Below are positions 1-12,056 of a stretch of 64,000 nucleotides of DNA, piece after piece. A program made the translations under genes and the position numbers. Origin of the DNA: Diplonema japonicum (lineage: Eukaryota; Protista; Euglenozoa: Diplonemea); NCBI GenBank assembly GCA_964019335.1, contig OZ025686.1:516318-580317 (forward strand), written 5' to 3'. The notes beneath the pieces were generated by a model. It saw only the letters and a list, made by a program, of their open reading frames with translations, did no database searches and was not told the DNA's origin. How positions within the stretch are numbered: position 1 is the first letter of the stretch; each line of letters begins with the position of its first letter.

Positions 1-2666
1 CTATCTTATAGTTACTTTTTTTCGAACGGATAGTTTACCGCAGTTTTCTTTTATCGAGTTTTCCCATCTCCTCCCCCCCATTGTTTTTGTTTTTATAAGC
101 CACAAAACAACAAAGAACTGGTTAGCGAAGGCCTGGGGAGGAACCCTTTTGGTGTGCCAATGACACATCACTATTGCTGCGAAGGAGGGACATTGGGGGG
201 AAAAAAAAATATTAAGGGAAAAAAAAAAAGAAACAGTTATAGCAAGCGCGCATACCACTCTCCCCTCTTTTTTTCTTCTTCTTTTTTTTTCTCCTATGCA
301 TACTGAAACCCCCCAAAAAATGAATTTAGTGAGACCTGTTCTAGGTACTTGGAACATCATTTTCCTTTCTTTTTGGTTTCTGGAAAAAATTCCCCCTCCC
401 CCGATTTGGGTTTCAAGTATGTTATGTGTAAATTTCGCTCGGTGCCCTACAGGTATTTTCCCTCCCCCGCCTTCCTGCCCCCAAAGCTAATCACACAACT
501 TTGTTGAAGTTACTGTTGCTTTTGTTTCTCTCTTTTTTTTTTTTTTTTTTTTTTGGTCTTCTCGTTATATTTTATGCCCCTTTTTTTATTTATCTTTCGT
601 GCTTTCAATGAAAGGGCCGCCCCATAGGCCCAACCCTAGTTTTCTTTATTTTCACATTTATCGCTTTAAAAAAAAAAAAAAAAAGGGAGGAAAATTCATT
701 TTTTTTTAAAAAAAGAAATCCTGTTCCTTTCCAAGAACCAACAAAAAAAAAATCCTTCCCTTCCTTCGGAAGTGGAGGGTGTGCCTCCTCCCCTCCCTCC
801 ACCCCAGTTTACCAGTTTTGCCCTCTTTTCCCATTTGTGTTTGTCTTATATATTAAAGTGAACCATCCTTTTATCCCCAATTGCATTTTAGGCGAAAAAG
901 ATATTGAAGTTTCTTCAGAAGTGGGGGGGGGAAGAAAACTGAATTGCAAAAAAAGAAGGAATTAAATATTCTTCTTGGAGTTTTCTTTTCCATATGTTTT
1001 GACCCCCCCCCCCCCCCCAGTATTCCTTTTTAATGCTGGCTAATACCAACCAGCAGGTTTATTGGAGGGTTGTTCTGGTAACCGCAAGAAAAAAAAGAGT
1101 TGAGTTTTATAAAAATGATAATATTATAGTATGCTGTCACCACCACCCACATGATTGGTTTTTTTCTTAGGAAAAATAAGAATAAAAAACGTACTTTTTC
1201 TTTTTCCCACCACCGCTACCACCAGTCAGTTGTATGCAACTCGTGTAAATTTTAGTACACATGTTTTTTTTTTTTTTTTTCCTTTCCTTTCCTTTCCTTT
1301 CCTTCCCCCTCTGGGGAAGTGGGAAGGAAGGTACACATGAGCGCCTTTTTTTTTCTTTGCTAAAAAACAAAAAAAATAGAAAGGAAGAAAACATGAACAC
1401 CGACATGAACAAACAAAAAAAACCCCCCTGTTAAAGAGAGCCACACCCTCTCGCTTAGAATTTTTTATTACACTTTTTTTATGTTTTTTTCCCCCCTTTT
1501 CTTAGCCGCCTACACACAGCTTCCCCAAGGGGAAGCATTTAAGGGGGAAAAAAAAGAAATGAGAAGATCAAATTTTGTATCTTCCCCACTCCCCCCCCCT
1601 TTTTTTTGTTTTGCTATCCTTGTGCTAAAAAGGGTTTTTTTTTCTTTTTTTTTTTACACCCATGGTAGGTGGTGTCAAGGAGTGGGATTTTGCCTTCTCT
1701 AGTGTTTTGTACAATACTCACCCACCACTTTCCCCTGCCCTTTGTCAGCTTCCATCACATACATCTATACCTTTTTGTTCTTCCCCCCCCCCCCCTTCTC
1801 CCCCAGTATTTTTTTTACAAGCCCCTTGCTACTGTCCCCCCCACCCCTTGTCTCGCCGGTCTTCTAATAAGAAATCGCTTTTTTTTTTCCTCCCTCAGTC
1901 CATCTCCTTTTTTCTGTCCCTTTTCGTAGGTGTGACATGTCACTCTCCTTCTTACTTCCTCCTTTTCTCCCCCCCTTCGGAAAGATGTAAATAAAAAGTG
2001 CATGCAAGCCTTACTTCAGTTCCCGGGTTTCCTTTTTTTTTAAAGTGCTTTCGATCAACAAACAAGAAGAAAATTAAAGAAAAAGGGAGAGGGATGAGGT
2101 GACTCGACTTTGTATGGCAGGACTTTTATTATTGTTTTTTTTTCTCGTTCTTTTTAAGGGCTTTCACAAGGTGACGAAGTTGTGGAGATACTATGTTTGC
2201 ATACAAAATAAGCAACAAGTCTTCTTTTTTTTTTTCTCCATTCTTTTTTATTCACAACTTGCGGGTACAATTCTCTTGCAGAAGGAGAAACAAACAAAAA
2301 AAAGGGCGAACCAACCCTCCGGGATTTTATAAACGAAAATACTGGATGCTAGGTGTGATTAAAGAAGAACAATACATATAGAGGACAAAATGTCAAGGAA
2401 GAAGTTTAAAAGAAAAAGAAGAAAAAAGAAAGAGGAAGGACGAAGGAGGGGGAAAAAATAAGGTTGATTTCTTGTTACTCCTGCTCCTGCACGGCACCTC
2501 TCCTTCTCCTTCATTTACACAGAAGAAGGGTTCACACCGCTCACTGGATTGCTGCCCATCACTTCCCAGACAGCCTGCCCCCATATACATATCCCCTCTC
2601 TCCTTGTATTGTTGCAACCCACCCTACCTGCTTATACCACCACAGCATTATCACTTATCATCTAAA

Positions 2667-4089
2667 ATGTCTGACAAGACCAAGCACGAGCCCAGGGACC
2701 ACGACTCCTTCGAGGATGACAAGCTCCCCGATGACGTGAAGGTGTGCCCCTCCTTCGACGAGATGCCCCTCCACACCAACCTCCTCCGCGGAATTTACTC
2801 CTACGGGTATGCAGTGTTGTCGTCATTTCACACTTACATCACAACAGGTTCGAGAAGCCCTCCGCCATCCAGCAGCGTGCCATCATCCCCTTCATCAAGG
2901 GTGGTGACTTGATCGCCCAGGCCCAGTCTGGTACTGGTAAGACTGGTGCTTTCACCATTGGTCTCCTCCAGCGCATGGACTGGACCACCAGGGCCTGCCA
3001 GGGTCTTGTCCTCTCGCCCACCCGTGAGCTGGCCGTGCAGACTGAGCAGGTCATCAGCAACATCGGTGAGTACCTCTGCGACGGTACCTTCTGCCACACC
3101 TTCGTTGGTATGTAATGACATCAAACACCCAAACCCAACACCTCAGGTGGCACCCGAGTGAACGATGATTTGAAGAAGCTCTCCCAGGGTGTTCTTGTGG
3201 CCGTCGGTACCCCCGGTCGTGTCTTCGATGTGATCAAGAGGAACGCCCTCAAGACCGACCACCTTAAGGTATGCTCCACATGAGTGGACGAAGGTCAACA
3301 CACCACAGGTCCTGACCCTTGACGAGGCTGACGAGATGCTCAGCCAGGGTTTCTCCGAGCAGATCTACGAGATCTTCAAGTTCCTCCCCAAGGACGTGCA
3401 GGTGACCCTGTTCTCCGCCACCATGCCCCCTGAAGTCCTTGACCTTACCCAGAAGTTCATGAGGGAGCCCATCAGGATCCTTGTGAAGAAGGAGGCCCTG
3501 ACCCTTGAGGGTATCAAGCAGTTCTACGTGGCGGTATGTTGCACTTCTAGAACAACCACAACCGCACACCACCTATAGGTTGAGGAGGAGTACAAGCTCG
3601 AGACTCTGATGGACCTGTACGACTCTGTCTCCATCGCCCAGAGTGTGATCTTCTGCAACACCCGTCGTAAGGTTGACTGGCTCGCTGAGAAGATGAACCA
3701 GAAGGAGTTCACCGTGTCCTTCATGCACGCTGAGATGCCCAAGGGTGAGAGAGAGAAGGTCATGAAGACCTTCAGGTCTGGTTCCTCGCGTGTGCTGATC
3801 TCCACCGACCTGCTGGCCCGTGGTATCGACGTGCACCACGTTTCCATTGTCATCAACTTCGACCTTCCCGCCAACAAGGAGAACTACCTGCACAGGATCG
3901 GTAGGTCTGGTCGTTACGGTAGGAAGGGTGTTGCTATCAACTTCGTGAACACCAAGGACGTGAACCTCCTTAAGGAGCTTCAGGTTTGTGAAATAGAAAA
4001 TCTTGAACAACGACACCACACCACAACAGGAGTTCTACAACACCACCATCGAGGAGCTCCCCATGGACTTCGCCTCCCACTTGGAGTAG
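2667..4089 (+). CDS. EIF4A: Eukaryotic translation initiation factor 4A (DEAD-box helicase), copy 1, canonical; 5 introns (2807-2847, 3108-3146, 3269-3308, 3534-3578, 3984-4029)
   Basis: Removing five 39-46 nt GT..AG introns joins the ORF pieces into one protein with Q motif [42 protein letters not shown] and HRIGRSGR. Confidence 0.96.
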
Positions 4090-5275
4090 ACTGGAGAGGA
4101 AGGTTGCTAGATTTAGGTAAAATTTTTGTGTTCAGTAAAAGGTTAAGTCAGATCATGAAGAGCGGTGGCCCGAGGTGCCTCTCTTCGTCCCTCCCTTCGA
4201 CCCAGCCCAAAGGTGTTTTCTTTCTTTTTTTTCTTTCTTGAATTAATTGTGTCTCCCATTTTTTTATTATATTTTCTTTCCCCCTATTTTTTTCTTTTGC
4301 TTATCAGAACTAAATGGAAAATACAGTGGAAATATTACAAAAATCTCTCTTTGTCCTTCCCAACCCTCCCCCCCTCCTTTCTAACAAGTACCGAATCAAA
4401 ATTTTCCCCGTTACCCCCCCCCCCCCCCTTTGCTTTTTAGGACACATTTTTATTTTCTTTTTTCCGGTCTCTTTCCTGGCGCTGTTGCTTGCTATCTGAA
4501 GCCTCTCATAGAAGTGGCGCCCTCTTGGGGAGGGAACACATGTCTAGTATCGCGCTAGGCTCGGTCAAGTGAGGGAGGCTGTAACGGTGAAGTGCAAGAG
4601 AGAAGGGTTAACTATTTGAAGTGGGAGATAGGTGCAATTTTTGCGGCTGCCTAAATATTGAAAAAAAAAGAATGCTTGCTTATTTCCGTTTTCGGCCAGA
4701 CTAGGGCTACAGAGCAACGACTTTAGGCGAAGGCCCTCCCCTTTTATATTCCCCCCACTTTTTTTTATACTTTTCTCCCTATTTTTATTTCCCCCCTACG
4801 AAAAAATAAGAATTATTGGCGCCTGCACCCCCCGCTTCTGCCCATTCCTCTTGTTCACTTAGTTTCTCCTGCCTGTCTTTCTTACTTTGGCTTTTTCACA
4901 TCTTTGTTATCTATATGGGTACTGACAAGCAGTCCCCGGCATGTGTTGGGGGGTGCTGCTCCTGGCTCTTCTGATGGTGAGTAGCAACAAGTGACAGGAA
5001 ACTAAGAGACATAGCAAGCGGTTGAAAGTGTCGTAACTAAAACGAAAAAAAACTTACTTTAAAGTATAATACCAAATTTTAAAAAAAAGAACAAATAGAA
5101 AAAAAAAAAAAACAAGAAACAAAGAGATGACTTAGTTTTTAAATAAAGCAGAGAAGACCCAACCCGCCGTTTTTTCCATTACTTTGTTCCCTCTCTGTTA
5201 TTTCACTCTTACGCTGCGCTATCACACATCCCGCAGGCACAGGACGGGACAGGTTCTTCTACTTGTTCATCGAAA

Positions 5276-6588
5276 ATGTCAGATAAAGCCGTGTGCCCCT
5301 CCTTCGACGAGATGCCCCTCCACACCAACCTCCTCCGCGGAATTTACTCCTACGGGTATGCAGTGTTGTCGTCATTTCACACTTACATCACAACAGGTTC
5401 GAGAAGCCCTCCGCCATCCAGCAGCGTGCCATCATCCCCTTCATCAAGGGTGGTGACTTGATCGCCCAGGCCCAGTCTGGTACTGGTAAGACTGGTGCTT
5501 TCACCATTGGTCTCCTCCAGCGCATGGACTGGACCACCAAGGCCTGCCAGGGTCTTGTCCTCTCGCCCACCCGTGAGCTGGCCGTGCAGACTGAGCAGGT
5601 CATCAGCAACATCGGTGAGTACCTCTGCGACGGTACCTTCTCAGGTGTTTTTACAAGTATGCAGATGACACACACAATCACCCGTAACAGGTGGTAACTT
5701 CGAGAACGATGACTTGCAGAAGCTCTCCCAGGGTGTTCTTGTGGCCGTCGGTACCCCCGGTCGTGTCTTCAGCATGATCAAGAGGAACGCCCTCAAGACA
5801 GACACTCTTAAGGTCCTGACCCTTGACGAGGCCGATTTGATAGTCAGCAAACTAACCAAGCAGATCTACGAGATCTTCAAGTTCCTCCCCAAGGACGTGC
5901 AGGTGACCCTGTTCTCCACCACCATGCCCCCTGAAGTCCTTGACCTTACCCAGAAGTTCATGAGGGAGCCCACCAAAATCCTTATAAAAAGGGAGGCCCT
6001 GACCCTTGAGGGTATCAAGCAGTTCTACGTGGCGGTATGTTGCACTTTAGAACAACCACAACCGCACACCACCCATAGGTTGAGGAGGAGTACAAGCTCG
6101 AGACTCTGATGGACCTGTACGACTCTGTCTCCATCGCCCAGACTTTAGTGTTTTGCAAAGCCCCTGGTAAGGTTGTCTGGCTCGCGGAATATTTGAACCG
6201 GAAAGAGTTCACCGTATCCTCATTGCACGATGAGTTGTCCGAGGAAGAGAGAGGGGTGGCTTTACGTGCCTTCAGGTCTGGTTCCTCGCGTGTGCTGATC
6301 TCCACCGACCTGCTGGCCCGTGGTATCGACGTGCACCACGTTTCCATTGTCATCAACTTCGACCTTCCTGTCAACAAGGAGAACTACCTGCACAGGATCG
6401 GTAGGTCTGGTCGTTACGGTAGGAAGGGTGTTGCTATCAATTTTGTGGGCACCAAAGAAATGAACCTCCTTTTGGAGTTGCAGGTTTGTGAGAACAAAAT
6501 CTTGAACAACGACACCACACCACAACAGGAGTTCTACAACACCACCATCGAGGAGCTCCCCATGGACTTCGCCTCCCACTTGGAGTAG
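5276..6588 (+). CDS. EIF4A: eIF4A paralogue, copy 2, partly diverged; 4 introns (5356-5396, 5657-5690, 6035-6078, 6484-6528)
   Basis: Mostly identical to copy 1, with a shorter N-terminus, GG->SG, DEADEML->[10 protein letters not shown]->STT and motif [11 protein letters not shown]->VFCKAPGKV. It lacks the intron before VLTLDEAD. The frame is intact after splicing. Confidence 0.88.
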
Positions 6589-6806
6589 CCTTGCTAGATT
6601 TAGGTAATTTTTTTTTGAGTTTTTGTTGCTCAACAAAGAGCATTATTCTAGCTAAAATCTCTTTGCAAAAATCTTATATCTCTCATTTCCACTTTCTTTT
6701 CAAATGAAGATTTTATTTGAAATTTCATTCTTGTTACTTGGTCCCTCTTCCTCTATTCTCTTTCTTCCTGCCGCGATCGCATCATGATTGCATCGCTGCA
6801 GCACAC

Positions 6807-8003
6807 ATGCCAAGTTATATCCCTTCGGACACTACTTTTGACGACAATGTGACAGAGCCAATGCATGTCCCCTTCGGTAATATGCGGCTATCAGACCGCC
6901 TACTTCGTGGTCTCCATGGTAATATTTGTAACTTTGAGAAGCCCACGCCCCTCCAGCGACGTGCCATCAGGCCTTTCACTATGGGAGGCGACCTTGTCGT
7001 CCTTGCACAGTCGGGTTGCAGTAGGACACTTATATTCACCATTGGTCTCCTCCAGCGCATGGACTGGACCACCAAGGCCTGCCAGGGTCTTGTCCTCTCG
7101 CCCACCCGTGAGCTGGCCGTGCAGACTGAGCAGGTCATCAGCAACATCGGTGAGTACCTCTGCGACGGTACCCTCTGCCACACCTTCCAAACCGGCAGCG
7201 GGCCTTCTAACCCCAGTCAGCAGACACCCATAGCCGTGGGCACTCCCCAATGCACTCTTGACGCAGTCACACAGGGCACTCTTGACGTTGAGCAGTTCAA
7301 GATTGTAGTTCTCGACGAGGCTGACGAGATGCTCAGCCAAGGTTTCTCCGAGCAGATCTACGAGATCTTCAAGTTCCTCCCCAAGGACGTGCAGGTGACC
7401 CTGTTCTCCGCCACCATGCCCCCTGAAGTCCTTGACCTTACCCAGAAGTTCATGAAGGACCCCGTCAGAGTTAAAGAACCAAAACACTGTGCCCTTCAGT
7501 ACAACAGACACTTCCTCGTTTTGTCAGATGAAAAGGATAAGCATAAGGATAAGCTTTCAATCTTGTTAGATGTCCACGTATCAAGGCCCTTCAAGCACGA
7601 TGTGATCTTCTGCAACACGGTTTCGAAGGCTGAATGGCTGGCCGAAGCCATGACAGTGGAGAAAATCCGTGTGTCTCTCCTGCACTACGACATGCCTTTC
7701 GGTGAGCAACGGAAGGCTGTCACCGACTTCAAATCCGGCGACAGCGCAGTTCTGATCTCCACCGACGACGTGGAGCATGGCGTCGATACGTCCGTTGCAG
7801 TAGTGCTCAACTATGATCTTCCAGACTACCAGGACTACGCGAGCAGGCTGGGCGAACCTGAGAACTACTGCCGCACATCAAGAAGACCTGTTGCCATCAA
7901 TTTCATCACGGACCATGAAGCAAAGCGGGTTGCAGACATCAAATCTTTTTACTCAATTTCCATCGAAGATTTACCCTTTGATTTTCCATCCTACATAGCT
8001 TAG
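6807..8003 (+). CDS. Intronless, highly diverged eIF4A-like protein (copy 3), probably catalytically inactive
   Basis: Uninterrupted ORF from MPSYIPS. DEAD and SAT are kept, but Walker A AQSGTGKT->AQSGCSRT, ARGID->EHGVD and HRIGRSGR->SRLGEPEN. Two tracts are nearly identical in nucleotide sequence to canonical eIF4A. Confidence 0.82.
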   Translation: MPSYIPSDTTFDDNVTEPMHVPFGNMRLSDRLLRGLHGNICNFEKPTPLQRRAIRPFTMGGDLVVLAQSGCSRTLIFTIGLLQRMDWTTKACQGLVLSPTRELAVQTEQVISNIGEYLCDGTLCHTFQTGSGPSNPSQQTPIAVGTPQCTLDAVTQGTLDVEQFKIVVLDEADEMLSQGFSEQIYEIFKFLPKDVQVTLFSATMPPEVLDLTQKFMKDPVRVKEPKHCALQYNRHFLVLSDEKDKHKDKLSILLDVHVSRPFKHDVIFCNTVSKAEWLAEAMTVEKIRVSLLHYDMPFGEQRKAVTDFKSGDSAVLISTDDVEHGVDTSVAVVLNYDLPDYQDYASRLGEPENYCRTSRRPVAINFITDHEAKRVADIKSFYSISIEDLPFDFPSYIA

Positions 8004-8089
8004 AAGGAGGGTGTTCTAATTCAGTTTCTAAGTTATTTACCCCTTTATTCATGTAATATTCAGCGCATCTCAGATCTATTTGAATTATC

Positions 8090-9512
8090 ATGCCTGAGAA
8101 GACGGAACAGAAACACGAGCCCAAGGACCACGACTCCTTCGAGGATGACAAGCTCCCCGATGACGTGAAGGTGTGCCCCTCCTTCGACGAGATGCCCCTC
8201 CACACCAACCTCCTCCGCGGAATTTACTCCTACGGGTATGCAGTGTTGTCGTCATTTCACACTTACATCACAACAGGTTCGAGAAGCCCTCCGCCATCCA
8301 GCAGCGTGCCATCATCCCCTTCATCAAGGGTGGTGACTTGATCGCCCAGGCCCAGTCTGGTACTGGTAAGACTGGTGCTTTCACCATTGGTCTCCTCCAG
8401 CGCATGGACTGGACCACCAAGGCCTGCCAGGGTCTTGTCCTCTCGCCCACCCGTGAGCTGGCCGTGCAGACTGAGCAGGTCATCAGCAACATCGGTGAGT
8501 ACCTCTGCGACGGTACCTTCTGCGGTACCTTCGTTGGTATGTAATGATATCAAACACCTATAAAAAATTCACAAGGTGGCACCCCCATTAACACCGATCT
8601 GCAGAAGCTCTCCCGAGGTGTTCTTGTGGCCGTCGGTACCCCCGGTCGTGTCTTCGATGTGATCAAGAGGAAGGCACTGAAGACCGACAGCCTTTCGGTA
8701 TGGCATGCCTGCCGACTGTATCCAACCACAGGTCCTGACCCTTGACGAGGCTGACGAGATGCTCAGCCAGGGTTTCTCCGAGCAGATCTACGAGATCTTC
8801 AAGTTCCTCCCCAAGGACGTGCAGGTGACCCTGTTCTCCGCCACCATGCCCCCTGAAGTCCTTGACCTTACCCAGAAGTTCATGAGGGAGCCCATCAGGA
8901 TCCTTGTGAAGAAGGAGGCCCTGACCCTTGAGGGTATCAAGCAGTTCTACGTGGCGGTATGTTGCACTTCTAGAACAACCACAACCGCACACCACCTATA
9001 GGTTGAGGAGGAGTACAAGCTCGAGACTCTGATGGACCTGTACGACTCTGTCTCCATCGCCCAGAGTGTGATCTTCTGCAACACCCGTCGTAAGGTTGAC
9101 TGGCTCGCTGAGAAGATGAACCAGAAGGAGTTCACCGTGTCCTTCATGCACGCTGAGATGCCCAAGGGTGAGAGAGAGAAGGTCATGGCCACTTTCAGGT
9201 CTGGCTCTTCGCGTGTGCTGATCTCCACCGACCTGCTGGCCCGTGGTATCGACGTGCACCACGTTTCCATTGTCATCAACTTCGACCTTCCTGTCAACAA
9301 GGAGAACTACCTGCACAGGATCGGTAGGTCTGGTCGTTACGGTAGGAAGGGTGTTGCTATCAACTTCGTGAACACCAAGGACGTGAACCTCCTTAAGGAG
9401 CTTCAGGTTTGTGAAATAGAAAATCTTGAACAACGACACCACACCACAACAGGAGTTCTACAACACCACCATCGAGGAGCTCCCCATGGACTTCGCCTCC
9501 CACTTGGAGTAG
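8090..9512 (+). CDS. EIF4A: eIF4A copy 4, canonical; 5 introns (8236-8276, 8537-8575, 8698-8731, 8957-9001, 9407-9452)
   Basis: Same exon structure and all helicase motifs as copy 1, with few amino-acid differences. Confidence 0.95.
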
Positions 9513-10643
9513 ACTGGATACGGCGAAGGCAGTGGTAGTGGCAGGGGTTTTTTTTTTTAATTATTTCTTGCATTGCGGTCTGGGCACGCCCTTTGTGGCA
9601 ACGGTCATAAAGCGTGTTGCAGTACAACAAGCACTTAACACGTGTGTTTTGGGCCGCTCTGCTCAATTCCCCCAATCTTTCCCCACACATTTTTTTCTTC
9701 TTCCCTCCCCTCTTCACCCCACACTATTTCAAATGAACCCACCCACCCTAGACCCCACGTTAAGTATGTTGGCCAGCACAGACCGGGAGAGGGCATCTAG
9801 TTCAATGCCTCAGTCTTGATGTTCTGTCATAATTGTTACACGAACCAACTGCTATTCGGTAAAGCAATGGAAACAGACAAGGAGGCACGGAGGGCTTCAT
9901 GTTTCTTTTTTGCTCTTTCAGGTTTTCTTTGCCCACTATCTGCTTCACGAGTGCAGGGCACTTTGTACGGCTGCCAGGCTGGCAACGTGCGAGAGTCCTC
10001 CTTTATTGTGGCAATTTGGGGGAGAAAGAAAATGAAAAAAGGGGGGGTAAATAAATGCAGAGAGATAACATTATTTTTTTTTGGAGAGCGCCTTTTCTTG
10101 GCTGCTATATTCGTGAATTTTAATAACAGGAAAAAAAGTATGGAAAAAAGGAATTTAAAAAAAAAGAAATATTGGAGAGAGGGGGAAATGGGGGTGCCTG
10201 CTTTCCGAGCTGGTATCTTCCCCTCTGGTTATCAACATGAAAAAATATCTTGGGTACATTTAAATGAAAAAAAAAAAAAATTACGTCCCCTTTCCCCTCA
10301 TCCCTGCCCTTGACACCGCCACACTGGGTCTTGTGCTGCACTTGCCCTTATGTTTGCGTTAAAAAAAAAAAGCTACACGTTTTTCACCCTACGCCAGCCG
10401 CCTGCCAACCTTCACGTACTCCCCATCTCCCCACATTCCATAATTCTCGTAGAAGAAGGAGGGAACACAAAAGGGATGAGAAAAAAAAATGTCAGTTCGG
10501 AGTGTTTTTTTTTTTTTTTTTTTTTTTTTTTTTGAGTCCCAACCCTCCCCCACGCATGCTCCATGCTTATTAATCTAGAGTGGTCCCTTACCCTCCTGTT
10601 TTGTCTTTGTACACAACCTTAACCACCACAGCACACTGATACC

Positions 10644-11759
10644 ATGAAGGAGTACTTACCCATCAAGTACCCCTTGTCAACAGGGATACTCGTGCTGGGC
10701 TTTGTTTACGGAATACTCCAGGCCCTTCTGGGGACTGTGCTGGGGTTGGTTGTGTTGGTTGTGTTGTTGGCAGTATTTGTAGGTGCGTGTCTGCTAGTGG
10801 GGAAGAAGTATTTCAAGGAAGATGTCAAGGAGAGGAGGAAGGCCATCAAGCTCCTGATGGTAGGGGAGCCGGAGCGCAGTATTGAAGAGTGCAGGGAAGG
10901 GAAGAATGTGGACATCTCGATTGTGGTGCCGTGCTACAACGAGGAGAATAGAATTGAGCGGATGCTGAAGGAGACGGTGGAGTACCTGCGAGAGAAGGAG
11001 AAGGGGCGGGAATGGGAGATCGTCATAGCCGATGATGGGTCGTCGGACAGCTCAGTCCACACGTGTCTTAAGCTGGCAGTGGGTTATGGCATTCAGAAGA
11101 ATCTGAAAGTCGTGGCTGTGAAGCCCAACAGAGGAAAGGGCTACGCTGTGCGGCAGGGCGTCTTCGCCTCGTCAGGAAGCCTCATCCTCATGGCAGACGC
11201 TGATGCTGCATCAGATATCAACGAGTTCCATGCGCTGGAGGCAAGCCTTTCCCCGACTACCAACACCTGCATAGCTGTAGGGTCGCGCGCGCATATGGAG
11301 GAGGACTCTAAAGCCTCCCGCACCCCCGTGAGAACCCTCCTCATGGTCCTCTTCCACTTCTGTGTTGTTTTCACCTTCGCCTTCTCCCACCGCTACACGC
11401 ACATCAAAGACACGCAGTGTGGGTTCAAACTTTTCACAAGAGAGGCCGCCTTTAAAACTTTCTCCAACATCAGGCTTGAGAGATGGGCCTTTGATGTCGA
11501 GCTGGTATGCCATAACAAGGAGGGAGGGAGGGACATCACAAACAACAGCTTGTCGCTGCTAGCATTCTAGGCTACAACGTCTCAGAGGTGCAGATCAAGT
11601 GGGAGGAGATCGACGGTTCACACGTATGCAATATCTGTTTCAAACTTCAATGCACACCAGATGTCGGTCAAGGGCATGGTGCGTATGGGGCTGGAGCTTC
11701 TCCTCACGAGTATATGTATCCGCTTTGGGTTGTGGGACGTGCAGGACGTGGACCTGTGA
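10644..11759 (+). CDS. ALG5: Dolichyl-phosphate beta-glucosyltransferase (GT2); introns 11505-11548 and 11624-11660
   Basis: N-terminal TM helices, then SIVVPCYNEE, DDGS.D, NRGKG.AV, MADAD, GSRAH, DTQCGFKLF and RWAFDVEL; WEEIDGS follows after splicing. Confidence 0.9.
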
Positions 11760-12056
11760 ATGTAGAAATGAACTATGAGAACTTTAAAAAGAAAAAAGGA
11801 AAAAGAAAACCGCCCGAAGATGAAGAGTGCAGAACGAGATAGACAGCCCTTTAAAATCAGTGTGCAACTTTCTTCCCTCAAAGAGCAGGCCTTCTGCACC
11901 ATGCCCGCCAGCGACACCTGCCTCACCGAAGAGAGATGAGCAGCTTGCAAGTCGCATACATAGCTTTCCGTTGAACGTTTCAAGGGGAGAAAGAGAATAC
12001 ATGATACGAGTAGTATTTTGATGTTGTTTGCCAGTACTCTATCCTCCATAGGTAAC

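Noticed and set aside
1-2660. Many short ORFs rich in Phe, Lys and Pro
   Set aside because: They are translations of poly-T, poly-A and poly-C tracts in low-complexity intergenic DNA. The same applies to 36300-38050 and 53300-54600.
2744-9538. Fragmented eIF4A ORFs read as pseudogenes or frameshifting
   Set aside because: Fully explained by short canonical introns.
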